NCBI GenBank assembly: GCA_037379345.1
Contig: CM074516.1
Location: 44,491,626-44,555,625, forward strand
Reading direction: 5' to 3'
Source: Perna viridis
Taxonomy: Eukaryota
DNA: 64,000 nt
This document shows, one piece after another, positions 27,401-39,159 of this stretch. Within the stretch, counting starts at the first letter, position 1, and every line of letters begins with the position of its first letter. The notes beneath the pieces are model-generated. The model ran no database searches. It saw only the letters and a list, made by a program, of their open reading frames with translations, and had not been told where the DNA came from. The position numbers were made by a program, and so were the translations under genes.

Positions 27401-30190
27401 ACATGCAAAATATCAAAAACCTACATTAAAAGACAAAGAAACGTGCAGACTGGACATGTTTTAGTCAGTAAAAACAGGAATATGACCTTAATGTCCAAGT
27501 TCAAGGTCATAGGCCCAAATCCATGGTATGCGACAAATCATCTTTACTTGATCTACCTACAGGTACATGCAAAATATCAGAAGCCCAAATTAAAGGACAA
27601 AAAACACAATTTTGTTAGTGAAAAACAGAAATTTGACCTTAGAATCATAGGCCATTAACCATGGCATGTGACACATCCTCTGTAGGTGATTTACCTACAA
27701 GCCAAATATCAAAAGCCCACATTAAATGACAAAAGTTACAGCATGTACACAATTTTGTTAGTGAAAAACAGGAATTTGACCTTGAGGTCAAAGTTCAAGG
27801 TCATAGGCCAATAACGATGGTATGTAACACATTGTCTTTAGGTGATATACCAAAACGCAAAATATCAAAAGCCTACATTGAAAGACAAAAAAGTTAGAGC
27901 CCGGACATGACTTGTAACAGATGGAGACAGTGATCACTATAGGGCAATCACCACTTTTAGCAGTGGAGCCTTAGATAAGTTTCCAACCTTTTGAAAGCCG
28001 ATAACCCACACTCTGAATTATGCAAAATATTAGATGAAACAATGCTGGGCCAGCCTCTAGGTCACAAGTTCTCTTCATCAGCAGCTGTCAGCCATTTTGA
28101 TAAGTGTTTGACTTTTCAAATTTAGATGATTATCGATCTACACTACACTCAGAGTGGAATGGTTCTCTAACACCTAAGTCCGACCTGAGTGAAACTCTGT
28201 GTTACACCAACATTTTGAATGTTTAACACCCAGATAGTAGTATTTATTGTAAAATTTGATTCGACTTGTAAAAACAGTCTGTTGACTCTTTTAGTTACTG
28301 ATAGTTTTATCATTGAACAGCTTTCCCAGAAACAAAAAAACTAATTACAGGTCCCAAGATAATGTGTAAGTAAGAATTGTAAAGTGGAAGCCCTTAATCA
28401 GGACTGCGAACATTGTCAGAAATAATTGTTAGTTAAAAGACATGAGGACGAGGCAGTATCCTCAGTTGGTCGTTTTCATCCACCAAAAATGCTTCACATT
28501 AACTCGGAGATATTTCTTATTTCAAGTATGTTTCAAATACAATCTACATATATCTTTATTTTAATGATAAGTTTTGTTAAACGGTTTTGAACTTTCATTG
28601 ATGCTGACCAATGTTTATTCCCGTATAAAAATATTCCATTGAACCTCCCACATATAGAGTTGTCTATTTTAAGAAATTTAAATGAACACATTGTTTACAA
28701 TGTCACTGATGTGTGTCTCGTCATCAAATGGACTGCAATTAATTATTACTCAATCCAGGACAGTTATGAAGTATGTAACAACAATAATTGTCTCTTTTTA
28801 CGATTGTCTCAACTGCTGTTTTATTGTGCCGACACCTTGGATTAATGCTGCACAAATCAACTAGTATAGATTCGACGATTGGATAAAGAATTTCCACATG
28901 CCCACCAGACTCCACTGTTGTGAATTTCAGGGATCCCAATGAATTTTGGAGGTCAGTGACGTGGAAGCTTGGGTACTAACATTAATATTGTCGGCAGAGA
29001 TCAATGAGATTAACTTCACCATAATGGGTTAGGAAGATACTTTTCCCCAATTGAAATACGAAGTGATTCAGCCTAGAAGCTGACATCATTATGTTATGGT
29101 TGGTTGCATTTTCAGATTCATATGGTGGAACAAATTCTTATCAAACAAAGGTTGAAAGTTTTATTTTCATTTCAAAAGCAATGACAACCGAAAAATTATA
29201 ATAACCTTCATCTTTCATTTTTTATACTACTTTCACACTCCCCACATGATTTTCAAAAATATTTTATATTTGACAAAATGATGTGTGAACAAATTTCATT
29301 GCTTCATTAAATCCTAAATATTTGCTGATCAACATTCAGAAATGTGCTTATCGGACTTATCGACTAAGGTGATAATTGTTTCTTACATTTGTTGTTTTAA
29401 AAGCAAATTTGAATGTTTTAATAGGATTTCTGCATCAGGTAAGAAATTTATTCAGCAGCCACATCTTTCAACTTTGTCCTTCAATCATTCTTATATCTTT
29501 TACTTGATACTATGTTATATCTAGACAAAACATCCTGTTCATTCCCGGAAAGATACTGCCATAAAAAAGCATCCAATGATAAAACCTCACATTTTCACTG
29601 TAAACAAAAAATGAACATAACCGATGAAAACATGAAAGATGTACATAAAATGTGTGATTTTATGTCATAGAACTAAAGAAAATTTTACCCATTATTCCTT
29701 ACATATGCAGGACAATATGGCCCAAAGACATTTCAGACCATGACAAATTGAAGTGTAAAAGGAACATTCAAACCGTATATCCGGACAATTTTAACCTTAT
29801 TGGAAGGAAATTCGAGTAAAATTACACTTAACAGGGCTGACAAGTGACAAAAAAATAGTGATAAGATTTTATTTCTTTGCGAGGGTTTCATGTTTCATCT
29901 ATCTCACATCATAACATATTATCAATATTTTACCGCTAGAACTTTTATGTAGTAAATTTGTGTCTATGTGAACAAGTTTTCATAAAATCAACAAAACCAC
30001 GTGCTCTTGTGGTAATGAGGTTCAATTTCGATAGTTTTCTTAGTTATAATTGAAAAGTGAGTCATCTTAGCGTATCACTTACAACTTTAAATTTGTCCTT
30101 TAACTGTTTTGCACCATCATAACAGAGATCTTTGAGGTATTGGTACACAAAAGGTAAAAGCTCCTTCTTATTTTCTGATCCAGTAGCCAT
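18426..30190 (-). CDS. NOLC1: Nucleolar and coiled-body phosphoprotein 1 (Nopp140/SRP40 family), complete, 7 exons, about 968 aa
   Basis: Exons on the - strand: 30190-30083 (ATG; LisH-like [11 protein letters not shown]), 26838-26783, 25172-25086, 24032-21668, 20927-20880, 20445-20359 ([25 protein letters not shown]), 18581-18426 ([47 protein letters not shown], the SRP40 C-terminal domain). Alternating acidic-Ser and Lys/Ala/Pro blocks; GT-AG introns; phases consistent (2907 nt). Confidence 0.95.
22480..23575 (-). repeat. Coding tandem repeat in NOLC1 exon 4: about 10 x 105/108 bp ([23 protein letters not shown][P][12 protein letters not shown])
   Basis: Near-identical units at both DNA and protein level. 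Confidence 0.95.
24790..25092 (-). repeat. 51-bp minisatellite (about 6 units) derived from the NOLC1 exon 3 end plus its 5' splice site
   Basis: Minus-strand unit ...CAATAACAG|GTAGAATCAAGAAATTAGTTAGCTCCCATAATCAAAATAACT. The first unit overlaps the exon end GATAGCAG|GTAGAA. Confidence 0.93.
27230..27975. mobile_element. HINE/Helentron-like non-autonomous element with internal diverged ~120-180 bp repeats, in NOLC1 intron 1
   Basis: Recurring GACCTTGAGGTCAAAGTTCAAGGTCAT and GGTGATCTACC...CAAAATATCAAAAGCC blocks. Ends with a GACA-like remnant and CTATAGGGC...CCACT..AGTGGAGCC. Resembles bivalve HINE architecture (recall). Confidence 0.6.
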
Positions 30191-30262
30191 TTTTTGAGAC
30201 CACGCAAAAAAAAAGACCGGAAGTACGTTTAATAAGTTACACAATGACGGTTTACCGGAATT
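30191..30262 (-). promoter_or_regulatory. NOLC1 core promoter/5'UTR: TCT/TOP-like pyrimidine tract, ETS sites, YY1-like motif over the ATG
   Basis: The minus strand reads ...ACTTCCGGTCTTTTTTTTTGCGTGGTCTCAAAAAATGGCT. ACCGGAAGT (ETS/GABP consensus) lies at 30216-30224 and a second CCGGAA at about 30255. AAAATGGC is YY1-like. Confidence 0.55.
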
Positions 30263-30664
30263 CAACAAAGCTTCCTCATCGTTGTATATTTTCTGTGTAT
30301 GTCAGTTATGGTTATGTAGCTCACGTCTGTCTACTGGCATATTCTTTTCTGCCAGAGCTACTTACAACATGGCAACATTATTTTGGAATCATCATTTTCA
30401 CTGAACATGTTTTAACGGTATCAGCAATATTTTCATTTTTTTTCAAAAAAAAAAAAAAAAAGTAAAGCAATATTTTCATTTTAAATCACTTGAACTGGAA
30501 GAGATAACTTTAGAACTTTTAAAAAATAGTTGACCTATCTATAAATATATGCACATTTGCATCGCACATCATTCAATGTGAGATAATAATTTTCAGTGTG
30601 ATTATATTTTTACTTCTTTTATGTTTGTTCAATGCAAGGAGTTAAATACAGGTGTGCAATAAGT

Positions 30665-32255
30665 CCTTGTTCATTTCTACATTGGTAATCCGTAAAGAGC
30701 CTGTCCGACTCATCACACGAATGGTGAAAAAAAACTAGTGAACGTCATCCAAAAAGGTGCTTTACAATATTTACATGTGAAAGGTGAAGTGCAGATAAAA
30801 ACATGGCTAGCTCTCTACGGATTCTGGACATAGGATATGAGGCTGGTCTTAAATGCCTCATAGTCCTCCTGGTCGATCAGTTGTGCTGGTAAGGCGTTCC
30901 AGTCTATGAGTGTTCGAACAAAGAAGTGTTTTTTTCTCTGCTCAGTAGTAGAGCCTAGTCTAATGAAACGCCTTTGGTGAAACTGTCTGGTCGTTCTAGT
31001 TGGTTGTTGATGTAATCCGGTATCGGTATTGCTACTATTTGATGTACGATTTTGTAAAATAGTAGTAGACGTGATGTTCTTCGTCTATCCTGAAGTGTTG
31101 GTAATTTCAGGTCTTCTAGGAGTGTTGTTACTGTCCATGGATCTCGTGAATATTGATGGCCGATGAATCTGGCTGCTCGTCGTTGTATCATCTCCAGCTG
31201 ATAGATGTGCTTCTGGAGGAAAGGATCCCATACCCTACTGCTATATTCAAGGGTTGGTCTTACTAGGCTTATGTATGCTTGTCTTTTGATAGATGTTGGA
31301 CAGCTTCCTAGGTTTCTTCGTAGGAACCCAAGTGTCTTATTTGCCTTCGCTACGATGTTACTTATGTGGGTATCCCAAGATAATGTACTTGTAAATTCTA
31401 CTCCTAGGTATGGATTACGGTGTACTGTCTCAAGTATGTGTCCTTCCATATTGTATTCATATATGATTGGTTGCCTTCCTGTTGTTATTCGAAGGATATA
31501 ACATTTTGATGGATTAAATATCATCTGCCAGGTCTTAGTCCAATCGACCATGGTGGTGAGGTCCTGTTGTAACTGATGACAGCGATTCATTGATGACACT
31601 GCTAGGTATAATAGGCTGTCTTCTGCGAATAGTCTTATTGGCGACTTGATGTTATTGCCGATGCCGTTGATGTAGATAAGAAACATAGGTGGTCCTAAGA
31701 CTGTTCCTTGTGGCACTCCAGATTTTACGGGACATGATGTTGATTCCTCCCCGTCCACAAGTACTTTTTGATCACGAGTAGTAAGCCAAGACTTAAGCCA
31801 TCCGTGAATATCTCCTCTTACTCCATAGTAGTCCAATTTATGTAATAGTCTTCTATGAGGTACTGTATCAAAAGCCTTGCTGAAGTCTAATATTAGCAGA
31901 TCTACTTGTTGTTTGTTATCCAGATGCTTGCTGATTTCTTCAACAGTGATGATAAGCTGTGTTTCACAAGATCTGTTTTTCCTGAATCCGTGCTGGAAGT
32001 CTGACAAGATGTTATTTTGCTCTAGATGGTTCGTGACATGTCTGAATAGTATATGCTCCATGATCTTGCATGGTACGGATGTCAAGGATACTGGTCTATA
32101 ATTAACGGGTTTTGATCTATCGCCCTTTTTAAATAGTGATGTTATATTTGCTGTTTTCCAGTCGTGTGGTACTTGTTGTTGTTTTAATGATTTTTCATAA
32201 CTGGTCTTTAGATATGGAGCAATTTCATCTGATGTTTCCTTCAAGAATCTACATG
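30665..32255 (-). mobile_element. 5'-truncated CR1-group non-LTR retrotransposon (RT domain plus 3'UTR), probably inactive
   Basis: ORF 32244-30955 has RT motifs NYRPVSLTS, QHGFRKNRSCETQL, LDFSKAFDTVPH and SGVPQGTVLGP. The catalytic motif has degenerated to FAED; the frame is lost near 30985; no endonuclease domain. Confidence 0.9.
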
Positions 32256-32399
32256 ATATGTTTGACAGCTGAAATTGTATAAATGAAAATTTGAATTTTA
32301 ATTTGGGTCAAAAAGTCGACATTTATGGACTTTTATTGGTTGAAAGTAATCCAAGGGTATCACAAATGAAGAAACTAAATAAATATGTATTCGTTATGT

Positions 32400-32820
32400 T
32401 GACCAATGCTTCAGTTTTCTAGTCGGTGGTATCAAAAGTTACCATCACACTTTCGGATTTTGGGTTAAAAGCAAAATATGATTCCCGTACCCAACCGAAA
32501 ACGCCTAAAGTAACATATTTTACAATATCAAACCTTAAAAATATCTATATTTCAGTGAAATTTGAGTTATTGGGTATATTCTGTTTGATATTATCACAAT
32601 TAATACTTTTGTGGCTCCTTTGGTGATATGTGGTGATGTTCGTAGACAGAATTAAAATTAAACAATAAAAACGGACTTCGGATTTTTCATGAAAATGGTT
32701 GCATAATTCAACTTTACAAAATATAGCACAACGGAAACGTCTATAATATGACTTCATTCAGTGGGTAATTTAATTTTTGATATCATGAAACCAAGAAAAA
32801 CTAATTTTGAAATAGAAATG
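32400..32820. repeat. Dispersed repeat fragment; inverted diverged copy at about 39960-40270
   Basis: Shared ordered blocks AATTAATACTTTT..GGCTC, TTGCATAA, AAACGTCT and CATGAAACCAAGAAAA occur on opposite strands. Confidence 0.6.
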
Positions 32821-33794
32821 TTCAACAATACTGAAAATATCACCTTTACCCCTATAATTCAGGTATCGCAGAATATCAACACTGCGAAACTCGCATGTTT
32901 TTGTTTTGAAAATTAAGATAACACTGGTTCGAACATATTTGACCATTTTTGTGCTTCGGATTTTCGTCTTGGGGTTACGTTTGTTTTATAATAGAAAAAA
33001 TAGTGGCGTTTCGTAATTTCAGATTTTCTTCTATTTGTGTATTTCGCTCGATAATTAATGGCAATTATTTAAGTACTTCTTTGTTTAAGCGTCATGCAAA
33101 ATGTGTATAAGGTGTGGCACATGAAGAAAAACACAGAGATTTTGGCATTATCCAAGTCTTTATACATCGTAATCTCCAGAAACAACCATTAAATTGTTTA
33201 TGGGGTTAGCCTTTTCAAGATTTTGATAGACCAAATTGAAATGCACAATGAAAAAAAAATTTCCAGCACTTTTTACCTACATAAGCAGTATAAAATATCT
33301 ATGTCATAGATGCTTGAGGATAAATTTCAATAGCTTTTCGGTTGTTTCTAGATGTATTTAAGGCATAAAAGACCAAGTTGAAAGAAATACAGTCAGAATG
33401 GTACTCAAAATAATATAGTCAAAACAATCTAACAGTGCATTTATATAGTATCATAGCTTTAATTGAAATGAGATCAAATAATGACTTTTTTCAAATCCAT
33501 ATAATTGCAGTTAAATTAGCATATGCCTTTTTCGAGAATTACAGCAGTGCAAGTTCCATGTGCATATCGTAAACAACATTACTTCTATCGCTTCAACAAA
33601 GGTAGAGACGTTTATATGGAGGCTTTATTCTATTCATTTTCGACATGACGGTATATTCATAACAACGATTCTTGATAGAATACAGTTATCAGTAGTACTT
33701 TGGTTGCATGCCACCATTTGCAATGTCAATTTCGAGTGTCGATTTCCTTCAAGAAAAAAAATCAATATATTTCAGATAGTCAGGGATTGGGATT

Positions 33795-33954
33795 ATAAGG
33801 ATTAAACACTGATTCACCAGAATTGATGGGTGTGTAAAATCGAACCATTCACTCACAAACCTGACATAAAAGTCCTTCGGACTTCTATTTGTTTTGTGAG
33901 TGAAGGGTCCTTTTTTACACCTCCATCATTTTTTTAAAAAGTGTTTAATCCTAT
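33795..33954. mobile_element. Palindromic (foldback) MITE of about 160 bp
   Basis: Nested inverted repeats AGGATTAAACACT/AGTGTTTAATCCT, GATGG..TGTAAAA/TTTTACAC..CCATC and TTCACTCACAAA/TTTGTGAGTGAA, with a central AAGTCC-TTC-GGACTT hairpin. Confidence 0.75.
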
Positions 33955-34529
33955 AGTAAGTTATGTTTCATACTAGTTCAACATTAAACAAAATTGATTT
34001 CAAAGTAGCTGAAGTAAAGAATATCACCCCTATAAACCATGATTAAACTTGCCTCGATATGAACAAAAAAGCATCGTTTATATCACACAATAGTTGTACA
34101 CAATGCCTTTTTAGCATTACTTATGTCTCAACTGTTTGTCTTTTTCTTTGTTTAAATATGCCAAAAGACGACATTTTCCATCGTTTGTCTTGGAAACGAC
34201 ATGTACATATGTATGTGGTTTTGCAAAACCTATTATGTAAAATTTTGGACTGTTCTAAAGAAAACGTCATTTATGGAATAGTGTTCACTCTGCCGACTTT
34301 CATGTGTTGGTGAAACCAAACAAAAGTTGTGCATCAGAATGTCTATCGACCATCTTAAGTTAACTATACATGACCGATGTTTGTCGGTAAAAGTACGTCT
34401 CAAATTCTCACAAATTTGTTGTTCCACATGTTTCACCACTACAGGACAAAAAGACAAAGACTGCTATATACCGAACTACAGGTGATTGGCATGTAATCTT
34501 GAGTTATTTATTTATTTATTTATTTATTT

Positions 34530-34810
34530 TTTGGTCACTTTTGGAGGAGCACCTTTACAGCAAATTATCAACATTCCCATGGGCACTAGTTGTACCCCTC
34601 TCCTAGACAATCTGTTTCTTTATTCATACGAATCAAAATCCCTTAAAAATCTTTGAAAGATAAGAAGGTTAAAGAAGCTAGATTAAATAATTTCACATAT
34701 CAACATATTGACATTATTCGATCCATTAACCATCCTTAATTTGGAGAAAGGCTTCCTTCAGTGTCCATTAACTAGGACTAGAAATTAAAGAGACAACTGA
34801 CACTGCATTC
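34530..34810 (+). mobile_element. Old Penelope-like (Naiad-type) RT fragment
   Basis: Translates to FGGAPLQQIINIPMGTSCTPLLDNLFLYSYES, a degenerate GIPMGTNCAPLLADLFLYSYE motif. Preceded by a (TTAT)n microsatellite. Confidence 0.7.
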
Positions 34811-34967
34811 ATCTCAGTCTTATAAGATTTTAAAAGTTATTTCCGATATCCAAATCTTATTGAGAAATGTTTTGTTTCTGGCATAAAAGTTAATAGACGA
34901 TAGATTTTCATTATATCAACAACATTTCTTCTATATATTCCCTCCTTGAAACGTTTACGTTTATCAA

Positions 34968-35300
34968 AATAGGAGATGTGGTATGATTGCCAATGAGATA
35001 GTAAACCACCAAAAGCCAAGTAACAAACTATCAAACGTCTACAGGTCACCACACGCTCTTCAATGATGAAAAAAAAACCATACCATAAAGCAAGCTGTAA
35101 AAGGTCCGAAAATAAATGAAGTAAAAGTGTTCATAAAAGACGAAAATCGACCTAATTTATATAAAAAGAATCGTAAAACAAACAAACAAACAAAAAAAAA
35201 CAACAATACCAATGGACCACGTGTTCTTAGCTCGGGGAAGGCACATAAAGTATGTGGCGGCGTTAAACATATTAACGTTATTTGAGAGCGCTCAACCAGA
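34968..35300. repeat. Short interspersed repeat resembling an abundant mytilid SINE-like/MITE family
   Basis: GATGTGGTATGATTGCCAATGAGA...AGGTCACC...CTTCAA..ATGA...CCATACC...AGCTGTAAAAGG matches my recollection of a high-copy mussel repeat; not verified. Confidence 0.5.
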
Positions 35301-35454
35301 CAAGCTGTATCTACATCGAAAAATCAAAAAGCAACTGATAAGCACATCTTCCCTTTTTAGCTTTTGAGCATCATTTTATAAAATTGCGGTTGACGAGCGT
35401 TTTGCGTGCTTTTAAACGCATGGAAGCGTTCCTTTAAATGCACCATAGAAGCGT

Positions 35455-35820
35455 TCATTCATTAATGATATCTCTCTCATTGTCAAAAAATGTTACCTCT
35501 ATAACTATGCCGATGATAATGATCCATCATACTCAACGAATCTTTAGAATATGTCCATTCCTCTTTGGAAGAAGATAGTAAGTCCCTAACCTCATGGTTT
35601 TTCATTCAACAAAATGCAAGCAAATCCTGAAAAATTACAGGCGATTGCCATTGGAACTAAACTCACTCCACGAAATACAACATTCAATCTTGACGGTAAC
35701 ATCATAATTAAACTGCTTAGTATCACAATTGACTTTAAATTAGATTCCAATAACCACATATCAAATACATGAAAAAGCAGCTCGACAACTAAATGTCCTG
35801 AAACGGAAAGGCACGCACTT
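35455..35820 (+). mobile_element. Decayed L2/Crack-group LINE RT fragment
   Basis: FINDISLIVKKCYLYNYADDN ... (W)F.FNKMQANPEKLQAI ... KLLSITIDFKLD, with frameshifts. Ends at the adjacent Penelope-like element. Confidence 0.7.
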
Positions 35821-35832
35821 AAAAAAACATTC

Positions 35833-37992
35833 AAAGAGTAATCAAGAGAACCAAGATTCTAGAAATCAAAGGAATGTAATACAGGGACAAAGACCAGACA
35901 CGGAAAACAGACACACACAACAAAGAACATAAAATAACAAAAATAACACATACAAAGTAACAAAAGTAAATGAGAAACTCGACTCCACTAAAAACTTGGA
36001 GCATAGACCAGGTGCAACAGTAAGGTGAGCGTCCTCAGCTTTTCTAGAATCACCCGCCGAGTGGCTCATAAAAAGTCAAGTGCAGGGCAGACGAAAGAGG
36101 ATAGGAAAACTATGATAGGTTGAACAAATCAGTTTTCTTGGTGCAGATGGATACACTGTAACGATCTAAGAGTTCATAAGGACGACCATAAAACTTCGTA
36201 GTGATGACTTCAACCTTGTAGCAACATAATCCTGTTCCAGGAGCCTCATTGTAATAAGTCTAGCGCGATGCAAAAAGTCTGCGTAGTTACGACAAGCTCT
36301 AGCATAATATATGAGTTGTGATATGAAAACTCCATACGCAGGTGCTGAAGGGATATTGCCACAGATTAAAGGATCTAGCTAAACGGTGTTCCTTCTTTCG
36401 GTTCGGATCAGATATAAAATCAGCCTCATAAGAGTGAAGGAATAGGTCAGCAAGTAGAGGAGCACGATTTGTTCCCATTGGAATGCCGACTGTTTGTTGG
36501 AAACCGCGTCCACCACAATGGTTGTCGATCAAATATTCCATCATTTTGAAAACATTTTCTTTGGTATATTTGGCAGATGATTTGGAATTTTTATTTTACA
36601 AGGTATGACGAATCTCTAACAAGAACTACATATTTGTATCTAGGAGTACCGTCTTTTTGGGAGTAACAACGATTTATAATGTTTTTGAGTCGGGATTGTA
36701 ACTGAGTATGGGGAATAGAAGTATATTCTGTATTCTATTAATAATATTGAATTGAGGGTTTCCAGAAGACCGTTCGAATTTTTCAGGATCTACATTGAAT
36801 TAATACCACTGCGGGAGAAACAAGTGTCGTGGTAAGACTGGAGAGCCTCTTTTACAGATGTGAGTATAGAAGTTTTGGAAGAGGTTTGGTGATGCATTTT
36901 TCAGATCCAGCTGTGTAGCGTTGTTTGTATGGATCCTTATGGAGTTTAGGAATACAGTGCATAGACGGTAGACCACAATCACCGTCTTAGGTAGAGAGAC
37001 AAAAAGAGGATATCACAGATTTATGGTTTTCAATTATCTCTTCTTTGGAGAGCTATGGGTCGTATTACTGCTGTTATTTTCTACGTCTTCCTCTGATGAT
37101 AAAAACATTGGATGTAATGTGTTTTGCAGACAAAAACAATATTATTTTGGGTTTAGCCTGCTGGTACGTCATGTAAAGTAGACAATGTTTTGCTACATCG
37201 GGTCTTTGAAGAAATGATGCAGCATTGACACTCATTGACCTACCTAAAACTTTCGTTCGTTTCAAATTTAAAGACACCACTGCCTTTACCCACTCTGACA
37301 GCGATTCGATATCTTCTTCTTGTCGTTTTATCTATTTTCTTGCGTAGTCCTCCACGGCATCCATAAGAAATTTGTTAAAGTTATAATTCCAATTGATATA
37401 GCGTGGTTCACGGTACTTGGGACCTTTAGAAAGAACCTTACGGAGAGATTCGTTTTCGATGATGTTTAAATCTTCCAAAAAGACATGACAGGAAGGACCA
37501 TATTTTAATGGAAAGTGTTTGCAGGAACAGTTTGATAGTTTGGCCTTGAAATCCTCAATCTCGAGGTCCTGCAGTAGCTTTTTATAATTGGAAATTTTGG
37601 ATGTAATAGGTGAAGTGTAGGAATAAGAAGTTATCGGTATTGGTTTGTCTTTGAAATACGAGGGATGTTTGTTCGTGACGTTTTGTGGTGGAGAATGTTA
37701 GCCAAATTAATTGCATCTATACCTTTATTGACATCGGCAGTGGAAGAAATGACCGTTTGTTCTTCATCTTGACCTTTTACACAAACTGTTTAAAGAGTCT
37801 GTGAAAATCGATATCCGAAATGATGGTCACAAGTCTGTAAAATAATAAAATTCTAGCGGAAATCAAAAGAATGTATTACAGGGATAAAGACCAGACGTGG
37901 AAAACAGACACACACAACAAAGAATATAGGTAACCAAAATGATGCATGCAAAATAAGAAAACTAAATGAGAAACTCGGACTCTACTAAAATC
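35833..37992 (-). mobile_element. Decayed Naiad-type Penelope-like element with its terminal repeat (pLTR) duplicated at both ends
   Basis: Minus-strand peptides: NCSCKHFPLKYGP..HV (CxC linker), LSKGPKYREP, NNIVFVCKTHY, GIPMGTNRAPLLADLFLHSYEADF; multiple stops and frameshifts. The 3' terminal block 36070-35833 is partially repeated at 37992-37855, upstream of the body. The CxC linker N-terminal to the RT is characteristic of the Naiad/Chlamys clade. Confidence 0.8.
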
Positions 37993-38984
37993 TGTCTAAT
38001 TTCAGCTACTGTCCCCTAGTATGGCATATCTGCACAGAACACTTCACTAACATAACTGAAAAAAAAATATAAGTTTATTTATGATGACAGCTTATACACT
38101 GCTCTGCTCGAAAAAAAAAAAACTACCATCACTAAAAGTACGTAGAATGAAAATAATGGCATCAGTCTTTCAAAATACTCAACAACTCTGGTCCTTAATT
38201 TGTCATGATTTGGTTGATTTTTAAAAGAATTCATATAGTTTCAGGTACAAAGGCTGAAATTCCACGTCCGAGAGGTGTGGTAAGAGGAGTTTGTTATACG
38301 AGGCAACAAAAACCTGGAACTCCACGCCAAACGAGGCAAGGAGTCCGTCTACTTTCGGACATAATAAAAATTTCATGCCTACTTGGTGTTTTCTGAAAAG
38401 TATTCTTGCAGTGCCAGCCGATATTCTTAGTTTTTGCTGCCATGTGGCCATTCTCTCAAACCTGCGTGTATGCTGCTTTTCATTTTGTTTACTTCCTTTT
38501 ATTTTAGATTGTTTTAGTTTATGTGCTGCTTTCTTTAGTTCGTATGCTCGTGCTGCTTTTATTTAATTGTTTGTGCTAAACATGCTTAATGTACGACTGA
38601 TATAGTGCTTTCACATATGTCTTGTGTATGTATGTGCTTGCTTTTTTTTTTGTTTGAAAATATCCATAGTCGATTTTAAGAGCTCAACAGAGCTCGTGTT
38701 ACTCATGTTATATTGTATATATTTTACGCCGACTCCAAATCAAAATTACTTCCTTTCTTACTTGGTTTATTTATTGCAGTAAGTTTGTCCGGTGGCATTC
38801 TATGCTTTATGCTGCCTGTTTGAGTTGCAATTTACCGGAAAATATTAACCGTAATAAAAGCAGGAAGTTTAGCGCTTGAAACCTGGTTTAACTCCTCATT
38901 TCTATCAGAAACGCCTGTACTAAATCATGATCAGGATCATTTTGGTTGTCTCCAATTTTAGCCTTGATGTCGTCTTTTGTCTTA

Positions 38985-39150
38985 CTTTTCTTTTTAATAA
39001 TTTCTTTTGACTATTGCCTACAATTGATCTTTTTGGTTATTTCTTTTAACTGTTGCCTACAATTGATCTTTTTGATTATTTCTTTTGACTATTGCTTAGA
39101 ATTGATCTTTTTTGTTATTTCCTGGTTATTTTTCTTGACTATTGACTGCA
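38985..39150. repeat. About 4 x 39-bp tandem repeat (TTTTGATTATTTCTTTTGACTATTGCCTACAATTGATCT)
   Basis: Directly visible; forms the spurious N-terminus of ORF 38946-39680. Confidence 0.8.
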
Positions 39151-39159
39151 ACTGTTCTT

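Noticed and set aside
30955-32244. Active or domesticated reverse transcriptase gene
   Set aside because: 5'-truncated, starts at a non-ATG codon, catalytic FADD changed to FAED, and frameshifted at the C-terminus.
36300-37800. Selenocysteine-encoding Naiad (in-frame UGA codons)
   Set aside because: In the segments I translated, the conserved Cys positions use TGT/TGC and the stops are TAG/TAA with frameshifts, which is ordinary decay. No SECIS was recognised.
38100-38700. Short ORFs 38205-38566 as a small gene
   Set aside because: No recognisable domain or splice structure; probably a decayed transposon fragment that I cannot classify.
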